From the NCBI GenBank assembly GCA_965277075.1, contig OZ255707.1:1211338-1275337 (forward strand): a DNA stretch of 64,000 nucleotides, in the 5' to 3' direction. This document shows positions 56,421 through 64,000 of the stretch, one piece after another; the stretch's first letter is position 1, and each line of letters starts with the position of its first letter. The notes beneath the pieces are model-generated. The model had not been told where the DNA came from. It searched no databases and saw nothing but the letters and a program-made list of their open reading frames with translations. Both the position numbers and the translations under genes were made by a program. The DNA comes from Candidatus Lustribacter sp. GTDB taxonomy: Bacteria > Vulcanimicrobiota > Vulcanimicrobiia > Vulcanimicrobiales > Vulcanimicrobiaceae.

Positions 56421-56804
56421 CTAAATTCCGGAGAGCGAGACGAGCGTTGCGATCACGACGAACGCAACGGCGATTCCACCCGTGAGCCGGGCGAGTTGCG
56501 CGTCGAAGCCGACGCGCCCGCGGTAGTTCGATTCGACGCGTCCGCCGATCGTGCCGGAGAGACCCTCTTGCTTTGTCGTTTGCACCGCGAGCAGCGCGAT
56601 GAGTGCAAGCGCGCAGATGATGAACAACCCGGCCAGCGTGTGCGTCAACCAGGGCGCGTGCTGCTGCAGCGGCGACTGCGCCTGATAGTGCAGGTTGAGA
56701 TTCTGCAACACTTGCGGTGGAAGCGACACGGCCGCCGCGGTCGCTTTAGCGACCGGCGCCGCACCGGCGGCCGGCGTTACGGCGGCGAGCAAAGCGGTCA
56801 ACAC
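56421..56804 (-). CDS. secG: Preprotein translocase subunit SecG (with unusual N-terminal extension, or a later start)
   Basis: The C-terminal 75 aa, [32 protein letters not shown]...[21 protein letters not shown], fit SecG. TTG 56648 is an alternative start. Confidence 0.65.
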   Translation of the reverse strand: MLTALLAAVTPAAGAAPVAKATAAAVSLPPQVLQNLNLHYQAQSPLQQHAPWLTHTLAGLFIICALALIALLAVQTTKQEGLSGTIGGRVESNYRGRVGFDAQLARLTGGIAVAFVVIATLVSLSGI

Positions 56805-56875
56805 GATAGCGGACTCCTCAAAAAGATGTCGGGAAAACCAGCCCGACGACTACGCTATGAGGCGCCGCCGGCCCT

Positions 56876-58759
56876 CTACCGCGGAAGCGCGACCTCGCGC
56901 AACGCGGAGACACGCTTTGCAACATGCTCGCCCGTGAGCCCGAACTGCGCGCGTTGCGCTTCCGGCTTCCCATGATGGACGAGGACATTCGGTACGCCGA
57001 TCCGCTCGACGTGCAGCGACAATCCGCGATCGCTGATGAACTCGACGACCGCCGAACCGAAGCCGCCGGCCAGCGAATGCTCTTCTAACGTAATCACGCG
57101 CGAATGCGTCTCGGCCAGCTCGATCAACAAGCTCTCATCGAGCGGTTTGACGAAGCGCATGTTGACGACGGTCGGCTTCGCGTCGTCCGGCAGCAGCGCG
57201 TACGCATCGAGCGCGGCATCGACCGTCGGACCGAGCGCGAGGATTGCGAGATCCTTACCCCGGCGCAAGACTTCCGCGCGACCGACGACCATCGGCGCGA
57301 GCGGCTCGTCCCATTTCCCGCTCGAACTGCCGCGCGGATAACGAATGCCGACCGGCGTCTCGAGCGCGAGCGCCAGATCGAGCATCGGCTGCAATTCGGC
57401 TTCGTTGCGCGGGGCCATGAGCGTCATGTTGGGCAACGTGCGCAAGTAGGCGATGTCGTAGAGGCCCATGTGCGTCGGCCCGTCGTCGCCGACGAAGCCC
57501 GCGCGATCCAGCGCGAAGACGACCGGCAGATTCTGAATCGACACATCGTGGACGATCTGGTCGTACGCGCGTTGGAGGAACGTCGAATAGATCGCGCAGA
57601 CCGGCTTGACGTTGCTCGTCGCGGTACCGGCGGCAAAGCACACGGCATGCGCCTCGGCGATACCGACATCGAAGTAGCGCGCCGGATAGGTCTTCGCGAA
57701 CTTTGCGAGACCGGTACCGTCCGGCATCGCGGCCGTGATTCCGATGACGCGTGAATCACGCGCGGCTGCGTTGATCAACGCGTCCGCGAACGCTTGAGCG
57801 AAGGTCGGACGGCCGCTCTTCTTCTCGAGTTTGCCTTCGTCGGGAGAATAGACGTTCGGCCCGACGCCATGGAACGTACGCGAATCGGTCTCGGCCGGCT
57901 CGAAGCCCTTGCCTTTGGTCGTGCGTACGTGGAGGAGCACCGGGCCGGGAATCTTGCGCGCGTTCGAGATCACGTCGACGAGCACGTCGTAGTCGTGTCC
58001 GTCGATCGGCCCGATGTACCGGAAGCCCATCTCCTCGAAGATCACTGCCGTCTTGCCTTCCGGCGAGACGAACTTCATGGCGGCCGTCTCGGCCGTCGAA
58101 AGCGCCCGGCGTGCCGCCGTGCCGAACGGCACGTGCCCCAGCACGTCTTTGGTCAGTTCGCGTGCCGTGGTCGCCAGCGGCTTCGTGCGAAGAACCGAAA
58201 GGTACGAGGCGATCGAACCGACGTTCGGCGCGATCGACATCTCGTTGTCGTTGAGGATCACGATGAAATTCGTCTTGAGGCAGCCGGCATTGTTGATCGC
58301 CTCATACGCGAGCCCGCCGGTGAGCGCACCGTCGCCGATCACCGCGACGACCGTCTCCTTCGTGCCGCGCAGATCGCGAGCCGTCGCCATGCCGAGCGCC
58401 GCGGAGATCGACGTCGACGCGTGGCCGGCACCGAACGAATCGAACGGCGATTCCGTCCGCATCGCAAAGCCGGATAGGCCGCCCGCTTGGCGCAGCGTGT
58501 CGATGCGGTCGGCCCGACCGGTCAGCATCTTGTGAACGTACACCTGGTGGCTGACGTCGAAAACGATGCGGTCGACCTTCACGTCGAGAACCCGGTGCAG
58601 TGCGAGCGTCAACTCGACGACGCCGAGATTCGGCGCAAGGTGGCCGCCGTTGACGGCGCAGACCTGAATGAGCGTTTCGCGGATTTCTTTGGCGAGAAGA
58701 TCGATGTCGGCGCGGCTCAGGTGACTGAGATCGGCCGGCATGCCGAGGCGGTCCAGCAT
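56876..58759 (-). CDS. dxs: 1-deoxy-D-xylulose-5-phosphate synthase
   Basis: The ATG at 58759 gives MLDRLGMPADLSHLSRADIDLLAKEIRETLI..GGHLAPNLGVVELT. Also contains GDGALTGG and DVGIAEAHAV. Confidence 0.93.
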   Translation of the reverse strand: MLDRLGMPADLSHLSRADIDLLAKEIRETLIQVCAVNGGHLAPNLGVVELTLALHRVLDVKVDRIVFDVSHQVYVHKMLTGRADRIDTLRQAGGLSGFAMRTESPFDSFGAGHASTSISAALGMATARDLRGTKETVVAVIGDGALTGGLAYEAINNAGCLKTNFIVILNDNEMSIAPNVGSIASYLSVLRTKPLATTARELTKDVLGHVPFGTAARRALSTAETAAMKFVSPEGKTAVIFEEMGFRYIGPIDGHDYDVLVDVISNARKIPGPVLLHVRTTKGKGFEPAETDSRTFHGVGPNVYSPDEGKLEKKSGRPTFAQAFADALINAAARDSRVIGITAAMPDGTGLAKFAKTYPARYFDVGIAEAHAVCFAAGTATSNVKPVCAIYSTFLQRAYDQIVHDVSIQNLPVVFALDRAGFVGDDGPTHMGLYDIAYLRTLPNMTLMAPRNEAELQPMLDLALALETPVGIRYPRGSSSGKWDEPLAPMVVGRAEVLRRGKDLAILALGPTVDAALDAYALLPDDAKPTVVNMRFVKPLDESLLIELAETHSRVITLEEHSLAGGFGSAVVEFISDRGLSLHVERIGVPNVLVHHGKPEAQRAQFGLTGEHVAKRVSALREVALPR

Positions 58760-58792
58760 GGGCGGCTCTTCGACGCCCCGAACGCCGCCCCC

Positions 58793-59431
58793 GTGCACGT
58801 ACCGGCCGAGAGTCCGACGGCGATCGCGCTTCCATACCGCAAACGTGTCTGGACCGATCTGGCGCGAATCTTTTCGACCGTCTGCAATCCGTTCGTGACG
58901 TCGCTTGCGCTCTTCGTCATCTTGGCGGCCGTTCGCTCGCGAACGGCGCCCGACTTCTGGGTGCTGCTTTTCAACAGTGCATTCTTCACGTCGATCGGTC
59001 CGATGATCTACGTGTTCTGGCTTTACGCGACCGGCCGAATTTCCGATCTCGACATGTCGGTCCGGGCCGAGCGCGAGCGCGTTTTCGTCGTCTTCGTCAT
59101 CTTCTTCGCACTCGGTACGATCGATTTGTGGGTGATCGCCGCCCCCGCGATCGTCACCGCCTCAATGGCGGGCTACGCGGTTTCATCGCTCGTCGTTCAG
59201 TGGATCACGCGCTATTGGAAAATATCGACGCACGCGCTCGGGATCACCGCGCCGCTCATCGCGCTCTGCGTCCTGTACGGAACGCGACCGATACCGTTCT
59301 TGGTGCTGATTCCGATCGTGTGTTGGGCGCGCGTCTATTTGCGCGCACACACGGTGTTGCAGGTCGTCGCCGGGGTCGCGCTCGCGACGACCTCGACATT
59401 GGTGGTCTTCCGGCTCTTCCACGTCATCTGA
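58793..59431 (+). CDS. PAP2-superfamily membrane phosphatase-like protein
   Basis: Only the C-terminal two-thirds of track ORF 58487..59431 can be real, because the rest overlaps dxs. It is polytopic, with KISTHALG and RVYLRAHTVLQVVAG motifs. The start is GTG 58793 or GTG 58895. Confidence 0.55.
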   Translation: MHVPAESPTAIALPYRKRVWTDLARIFSTVCNPFVTSLALFVILAAVRSRTAPDFWVLLFNSAFFTSIGPMIYVFWLYATGRISDLDMSVRAERERVFVVFVIFFALGTIDLWVIAAPAIVTASMAGYAVSSLVVQWITRYWKISTHALGITAPLIALCVLYGTRPIPFLVLIPIVCWARVYLRAHTVLQVVAGVALATTSTLVVFRLFHVI

Positions 59432-61703
59432 GCGGCAGCACGGCGCGCGCGTGGCTTCCTCCGTCCGGCCGCGGCACGACGCTCAGGTCGCGTGCCAGCA
59501 TTGAGGCGATGTAGAGGCCACGACCGGACTCGCTCATCACGTCGTTCGGCAAGCGCGCATGAAACGTGAATCCCGCGCCGCGATCGAGCACGTGCATGAC
59601 CGGGTATTCGCCGGTCGCGTCGAGCGCGACTTCCGCGACGCCGCCGGAATGCCGCAAGACGTTGCCGACGAGTTCGCTGAAGAGCAATTCCGCGGTGCAC
59701 ACGTCTTCGTCGACCGCGCCGTTCTCCCGCAACCGGTCGGCCAGCGCATAGCGCACGCCGCGCACGTCCAACCCGTCCGTCACGTCGATGGTCCAGCGCG
59801 CGGTCGGAATCGCGCCGACGTGCATCGTGAGGATCGCGACGTCATCGATCGGTTCGCGTACGACGGCGTCGAGAATCTCGCGCGCCGGATCGCTGGACAC
59901 GAGCACCTCGGCGCGCTCGAGCGCCTCGCGCAAAAGCGCTTCGCCTTCGAGAAGATTACGCGTCGCTTCGACTAAGCCGTCGGTATACAACACCAACAGC
60001 GAGTCTTCGGCGAGAACGATCGTACGCGACGCATCGTCGTTGCGCGCCGGGCGCAGACCGAGCGGCAAGCCGCGTGCCGTCAATTCGGTGACGGAGCCGT
60101 CATTGCGGCGGACGAGCGGCGCGGGATGACCGGCCGACGCATACGTGAGGTTCGATGTGAGCGGATCGAACACGGCCGCGAACGCCGTGACGATGCGGTC
60201 CGGTTGCTCGGATCGCAGCGCGCGGTCGGCCGCGTCGAGCATCGCGACCGGGTCGGGATAGATCTGCGCGGCCCCGCGGATCGCTTGGCGCACCGCGCCC
60301 ATCGTCACCGCGGCGTCGAGCCCGCTGCCGGCGACGTCGCCGATCGAGAGTACGACACGCCCGTCGGTGAGGCGGAAGACGTCGTACCAGTCACCGCCGA
60401 CCTGCGCTTCGCTGCGCGCGGCTGAATACACCGCGTCGAAAACGAGTCCCGGAATCTCCGGCAGCGTTGCCGGTAACGCCGCCCGCTGAAACGCAGCCGA
60501 AGCGCGATGTTCGCGCTCGAGTTCCCGAACGAGCATGTCCCGCGCATCGCGGGCGTCCTGCACGTCGTGCGTCGCGCCCACCCACCGAACGATGGTCCCG
60601 GCTTCGTTGCGAACGGGTTCCGCGACCGTTTGGAACCACCGATACGTTCCGTCGAAGCGGCGAAAGCGGCTCTCGTTCACGAGCCGCTCGCCGGTTTCGA
60701 AGGCGTGTGCATATGCGCCGAGCGCTTCGACGTCGTCCGGATGAATGAGGCTCAACCAAATGTCGATCGATTCGTCGAGCGTCAATCCGGTGTATTCGGT
60801 CCAACGCTTATTGACCGACGTCAGCGTTCCATCGGCGAGGGACGTCCAGAGAATCGTCGGCAACACGTCGGCCAGCACGCGGGCTTGCCGCTCGCTATCG
60901 ATGAGGACCGACTGAGCGCGCTTCGTGTCGTCGATATCGGTGCACGTCCCAAACCAGCGTACGACGTTTCCCCGGGTATCGCGCATCGGGACACCGCGTG
61001 CCAGAAACCACCGGTAGGTGCCGTCGCGCGCGCGGAAACGATACTCCGTTTCATACAATCGCTCGTCACGAAAGGCCGACATCCATACTTCACGCGTGCG
61101 CTCGAGGTCCTCCGGATGCAGCGCCGCCATCCAGGCGTCGTCGAGCGACGACGCGGGCGTCAGCCCCGTGTAGTCGTACCAACGGTCGTTGAAGAAATCA
61201 CTGCGGCCATCCGAGGCGGTCTGCCAAACGAGTTGCGGAATCGCTTGGGCGAACGCGGAAACGCCGTCCTCCAAGCGTTCGCCGGAACCGTGACGATACT
61301 GATGGATGTCGGTCGCGGTGCCGAGCCAGTACGTCACCTCGCCGCTGCCATCAAAAACGGGAACGATGCGCGCGACAAACCAGCGAGCATCGGTGTCGGG
61401 CCGGTCGGCCGGTTTGAAACGCATCTCGAGAACGAACGTGCGCGACTCCGCGATCGCGGCACTCAGCTCCGGTATGAGACGTGCGATGTCGTCCGCCGTC
61501 GTCATGCGAATCCATTCGGCTGGACGGCAGGCGACCTCGAGCGGCACACCGAGGAACGCGAGCAACGGCGCATTGATCCAGTCGACGTTGCCGTGCCGGT
61601 CGTGCGTCCAGATGAAGTGCGGTAACCGATCGGCGAACGCCCGTATTTCGCCGGCGGCCGACGGCGGATGATCCGGTTCCGGAGGCTCGATCGTCGACAT
61701 CAT
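59424..61703 (-). CDS. Three PAS domains + SpoIIE/PP2C phosphatase + RsbW-like HATPase domain protein
   Basis: The ATG at 61703 follows GGGGAG. Three PAS/PAC units end in ...WLGTATDIHQ, WFGTCTDIDD and WVGATHDVQD. SpoIIE region: GGDWYDV...GDVAGSG...YTDGLVE. C-terminus: ELVGNVLRHS...DRGAGF...GRGLYI. Confidence 0.85.
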   Translation of the reverse strand: MMSTIEPPEPDHPPSAAGEIRAFADRLPHFIWTHDRHGNVDWINAPLLAFLGVPLEVACRPAEWIRMTTADDIARLIPELSAAIAESRTFVLEMRFKPADRPDTDARWFVARIVPVFDGSGEVTYWLGTATDIHQYRHGSGERLEDGVSAFAQAIPQLVWQTASDGRSDFFNDRWYDYTGLTPASSLDDAWMAALHPEDLERTREVWMSAFRDERLYETEYRFRARDGTYRWFLARGVPMRDTRGNVVRWFGTCTDIDDTKRAQSVLIDSERQARVLADVLPTILWTSLADGTLTSVNKRWTEYTGLTLDESIDIWLSLIHPDDVEALGAYAHAFETGERLVNESRFRRFDGTYRWFQTVAEPVRNEAGTIVRWVGATHDVQDARDARDMLVRELEREHRASAAFQRAALPATLPEIPGLVFDAVYSAARSEAQVGGDWYDVFRLTDGRVVLSIGDVAGSGLDAAVTMGAVRQAIRGAAQIYPDPVAMLDAADRALRSEQPDRIVTAFAAVFDPLTSNLTYASAGHPAPLVRRNDGSVTELTARGLPLGLRPARNDDASRTIVLAEDSLLVLYTDGLVEATRNLLEGEALLREALERAEVLVSSDPAREILDAVVREPIDDVAILTMHVGAIPTARWTIDVTDGLDVRGVRYALADRLRENGAVDEDVCTAELLFSELVGNVLRHSGGVAEVALDATGEYPVMHVLDRGAGFTFHARLPNDVMSESGRGLYIASMLARDLSVVPRPDGGSHARAVLPLR

Positions 61704-61765
61704 TTCACTCCCCGGTGTGTCCCGGAGCCCCGCCTTCAACGCCGCCCGAGCTTTTCCGGCCGCGT

Positions 61766-62533
61766 TTACGTGGCGCCGACGAGCGCGCTGACACGACCGT
61801 CGAAATCGCCGGTGCACCGGCGCACGTTCCGCTCGAACACGGCGACATCGCCGTTCGTGACGTACGTCGTCTGCGAGGTTCTTTGAGGTAAGCCGAGTGC
61901 GGCGACCGCGCGAGCTTGTTCGACTGCCGGGTCGACACGCTTCACCGCTGGCAGCGCGCGCGCGAAGTGCCGGTCCAGCAGCGGATAGTGGGTGCACCCA
62001 TAAACGATGGCATCGGTCTCCTTCGGCAGCGTCGCGACCAGTGCATCGACGGCCGCGCGCGCCGCGTCGCCCCCGGCGGCCCCCGCTTCGACGATCGGAA
62101 CGAGTGCAGGCGCCGCGATCCCTGTGATGTCAACGGCCGGTGCGACGGCACGGATTGCGCGAACGTACGCTTCGCTACGGATCGTTGCCGCCGTTGCGAT
62201 CACCGCTACGTGGCGAAACGTCGTGCCGGCGAAGGCGCGCGCTCCGTTGTCGATCAGATCGACGATCGGCAACACGAACGCGATGTCCGGCCAACCAAGG
62301 CGGCTGGCGACGGCGCACGACGTGTTGCAGCCCATGACGACGACGTCGGCGCCGTGGTTGCGTAACCACGCGAGATTGCTCGCCAACAGCGAGTGCAGCT
62401 CGGCATCCCCTCGCTCGCCGTACGGGACGTGCGCTTGATCGGCAAAATACAGTGCGTCATCGCTGACCCCGGCTGCGCGCAATGCGGCGAGCACGGTCAA
62501 TCCGCCGAGTCCCGAATCGTAGACGCCGATCAC
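61766..62533 (-). CDS. murI: Glutamate racemase
   Basis: The GTG at 62533 makes a GTGA overlap and gives VIGVYDSGLGGLTVL. Also contains ...MGCNTS... and ...YGCTHYPLL. Confidence 0.9.
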   Translation of the reverse strand: MIGVYDSGLGGLTVLAALRAAGVSDDALYFADQAHVPYGERGDAELHSLLASNLAWLRNHGADVVVMGCNTSCAVASRLGWPDIAFVLPIVDLIDNGARAFAGTTFRHVAVIATAATIRSEAYVRAIRAVAPAVDITGIAAPALVPIVEAGAAGGDAARAAVDALVATLPKETDAIVYGCTHYPLLDRHFARALPAVKRVDPAVEQARAVAALGLPQRTSQTTYVTNGDVAVFERNVRRCTGDFDGRVSALVGAT

Positions 62534-64000
62534 TGATCGGCCTGCGAAGCCTGCGCCGGCGGCGCGCCGGCATACGCCTTCACCCCGTTGGCGATTCCTT
62601 GCGCCATGTTTTGTAGGAAGGCGGCCGACCCGAGCAATGCGGCATCGTGCAAATTCGAGATGAAGGCCGTTTCGATGAGCACTGCCGGCATCGTGGTGTG
62701 ATGGATCACGTAGAAATTCTCGTGGCGCGGTCCGATGTCGTTTGTCCCGGCCGTCCCGACGACGGCGTGTTCCAACGTCGTCGCGAGCAATTGATCTTGC
62801 GGTTTGTACCAATAGAACGTCGTGCCGTTGATTGTGCTGCTCTCGGAGTAGTTGACGTGAATGCTGATAAAGAGACGCGCGTTGACATTGTTTGCGACGT
62901 CGCAGCGCGTCTGCAAATAGGCGCGGTCACTCGGATTGGGCTTTCCGTCGGAAGCCATCAACGCGAGGTTCGACTGGGTGACGGGATCGACGTCGCTATC
63001 GCGCGTCATACGGACGAGCCAGCCTTGCGCCCGCAGGAGCGTGCGCAACCGGCGCGCGATGTCGATCGTGATCGATTTCTCAACCAGACCGTTGTGCGCG
63101 GTTCCCATATCGTCGCCGCCGTGACCCGGATCGAGAACGATGACGCGCGAGCCGTTCACCGGAGGCGCGTATTTCCAGTCGGGCGGCGCCGCGGGGGTCT
63201 GAGCAGCCGGCGCAACCGGCACCGGAGCGAGCGCGACATTCGGATCGACGGCACCCGAACCGATGCGCCCGCCGCCCGTTCGCACCGCGGCGATCGCGTC
63301 GACATTCGTCGCCCCAATGGTGAAGCCGTCGGCGGCCGGCTCGACGTCGATGCGCTTTTCACCGCGCATCGTCAGCGCGATGCGCACGACCGGTACTGCC
63401 GCGCTGCCGATCTGCCGGACGCGCACGCTTCCGACGGCCGGGATATCGGGATGTTCATCGCGTCCCGCGTCGGTCAGCGTCGCATTGTGAATGTCGACGT
63501 ACCAGCGCAAATCGGCGAGGCGATGCCAATCGTAGCTCGCGCTGCCGTCGAGGGACACGCGGATCGCAAGACCGTCGTCGACGGGCGTCAATACGACGCC
63601 GGTGACAACGGCTGGTGTCGCCGCGGCGACCACCGGAGCATCGGAGGCGGACGGCGAGGCCGGCGGCGCGGGCATGCCGAGGACAGGCGGCGGGGGCTGC
63701 TGCGCGGGCGCCGGCAACGTTCCAACGGCGGCGCCGATACCGGTGAACGCGAGCGCAACTTCGAACGGCGACGATGGGACCTCGATCTCGTGCTGCGCCC
63801 CGCGCGGCGCATCGAAGGTCACGACGGTCGTCGGGTTCTTCGGCGAACCGCCGCTGACGATCGAGACGGTTGTCGATGCGCCGATTCGCCGGTCACCGGC
63901 CAGTGTCGAAGCGACCCCGCTGAACGCGAGCTCGACATGTTCGGGCGTCTCGACGCGCTTCACGTATGCGAGCTGCGTGGCACCGCGGATGACGACGACG
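62530..64000 (-). CDS. N-acetylmuramoyl-L-alanine amidase with AMIN domains (possibly 5'-partial)
   Basis: Amidase_3 core: VIVLDPGHGGDDMGTAHNGLVEKSITIDIARRL...SIHVNY...ETAFISN. The frame remains open upstream of the first start (63963) to the window edge. Confidence 0.85.
   Translation of the reverse strand, partial: VVVIRGATQLAYVKRVETPEHVELAFSGVASTLAGDRRIGASTTVSIVSGGSPKNPTTVVTFDAPRGAQHEIEVPSSPFEVALAFTGIGAAVGTLPAPAQQPPPPVLGMPAPPASPSASDAPVVAAATPAVVTGVVLTPVDDGLAIRVSLDGSASYDWHRLADLRWYVDIHNATLTDAGRDEHPDIPAVGSVRVRQIGSAAVPVVRIALTMRGEKRIDVEPAADGFTIGATNVDAIAAVRTGGGRIGSGAVDPNVALAPVPVAPAAQTPAAPPDWKYAPPVNGSRVIVLDPGHGGDDMGTAHNGLVEKSITIDIARRLRTLLRAQGWLVRMTRDSDVDPVTQSNLALMASDGKPNPSDRAYLQTRCDVANNVNARLFISIHVNYSESSTINGTTFYWYKPQDQLLATTLEHAVVGTAGTNDIGPRHENFYVIHHTTMPAVLIETAFISNLHDAALLGSAAFLQNMAQGIANGVKAYAGAPPAQASQADQ

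Noticed and set aside
59424-61703. PAS-SpoIIE-HATPase multidomain protein considered as a novel signalling fusion
   Set aside because: This architecture (sensor PAS repeats, PP2C/SpoIIE, RsbW-like kinase domain) is common in high-GC Gram-positive-type genomes as far as I know. All motifs look conventional.

Overview
Gene-dense, high-GC bacterial chromosomal segment. G+C is about two-thirds by eye, for example 41/60 at 20041-20100. There are roughly 60 protein genes, mostly on the minus strand, and many are joined by 1-4 nt stop/start overlaps (ATGA, GTGA, TAATG, TGATG).

Gene order, left to right:
- 0-11 kb: a partial LarA-N-like gene; a bPH_2 membrane protein; a molybdo-hydroxylase operon (2Fe-2S, FAD, CoxG-like and Mo subunits) ending in 3-hydroxyanthranilate dioxygenase; a YibQ-type deacetylase; a methyltransferase; a lipoprotein; a 7TMR-DISM GGDEF cyclase; an HEXXH zincin.
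- 11.0-15.6 kb: a lower-GC, visibly decayed stretch. It holds a duplicated zincin 3' end, a frameshifted SnoaL-like gene, an orphan Xre/DUF2384 antitoxin-like gene, a GH63-like remnant, a truncated NDH-2 and a multiply frameshifted repeat-containing membrane protein.
- 15.6-34.3 kb: a co-directional minus-strand run. In transcription order it reads BlaI, BlaR1-like, RND, TolC, MFP, DUF305, permease, def, fmt, rsmB, FhaA-like, FHA, degenerate PP2C, RodA/FtsW, degenerate YibQ-like, leuA, Rieske oxygenase.
- 34.3-46.5 kb: a FixH-like fragment, a GNAT, ScsB/DsbD, then a seven-gene shikimate operon headed by a prephenate-dehydratase::DAHP-synthase fusion, then GH15.
- 46.5-64 kb: HiPIP, hslVU, an alpha/beta-hydrolase remnant, a CGNR zinc-finger protein, trmFO, topA, a Lys-rich histone-like protein, two orphan Opp-type ATPases, secG, dxs, PAP2, PAS-SpoIIE-HATPase, murI and an AMIN-amidase.

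I found no rRNA, tRNA, CRISPR array, transposase, integrase or recognisable defence genes.

Most notable observations:
- Two candidate leader-peptide attenuators: a Tyr/Phe-rich peptide upstream of the aro operon and a Leu-rich peptide upstream of leuA.
- The PDT-ACT::DAHPS fusion.
- A catalytically dead PP2C and a degenerate YibQ-like protein inside an FHA-RodA cluster.
- A TACA-N3-TGTA dyad between the BlaR1-like gene and the RND efflux operon.
- The decayed island, which carries an att-like duplicated gene end and an apparent deletion scar.

Everything rests on hand translation and remembered family motifs. No searches or folding programs were run.
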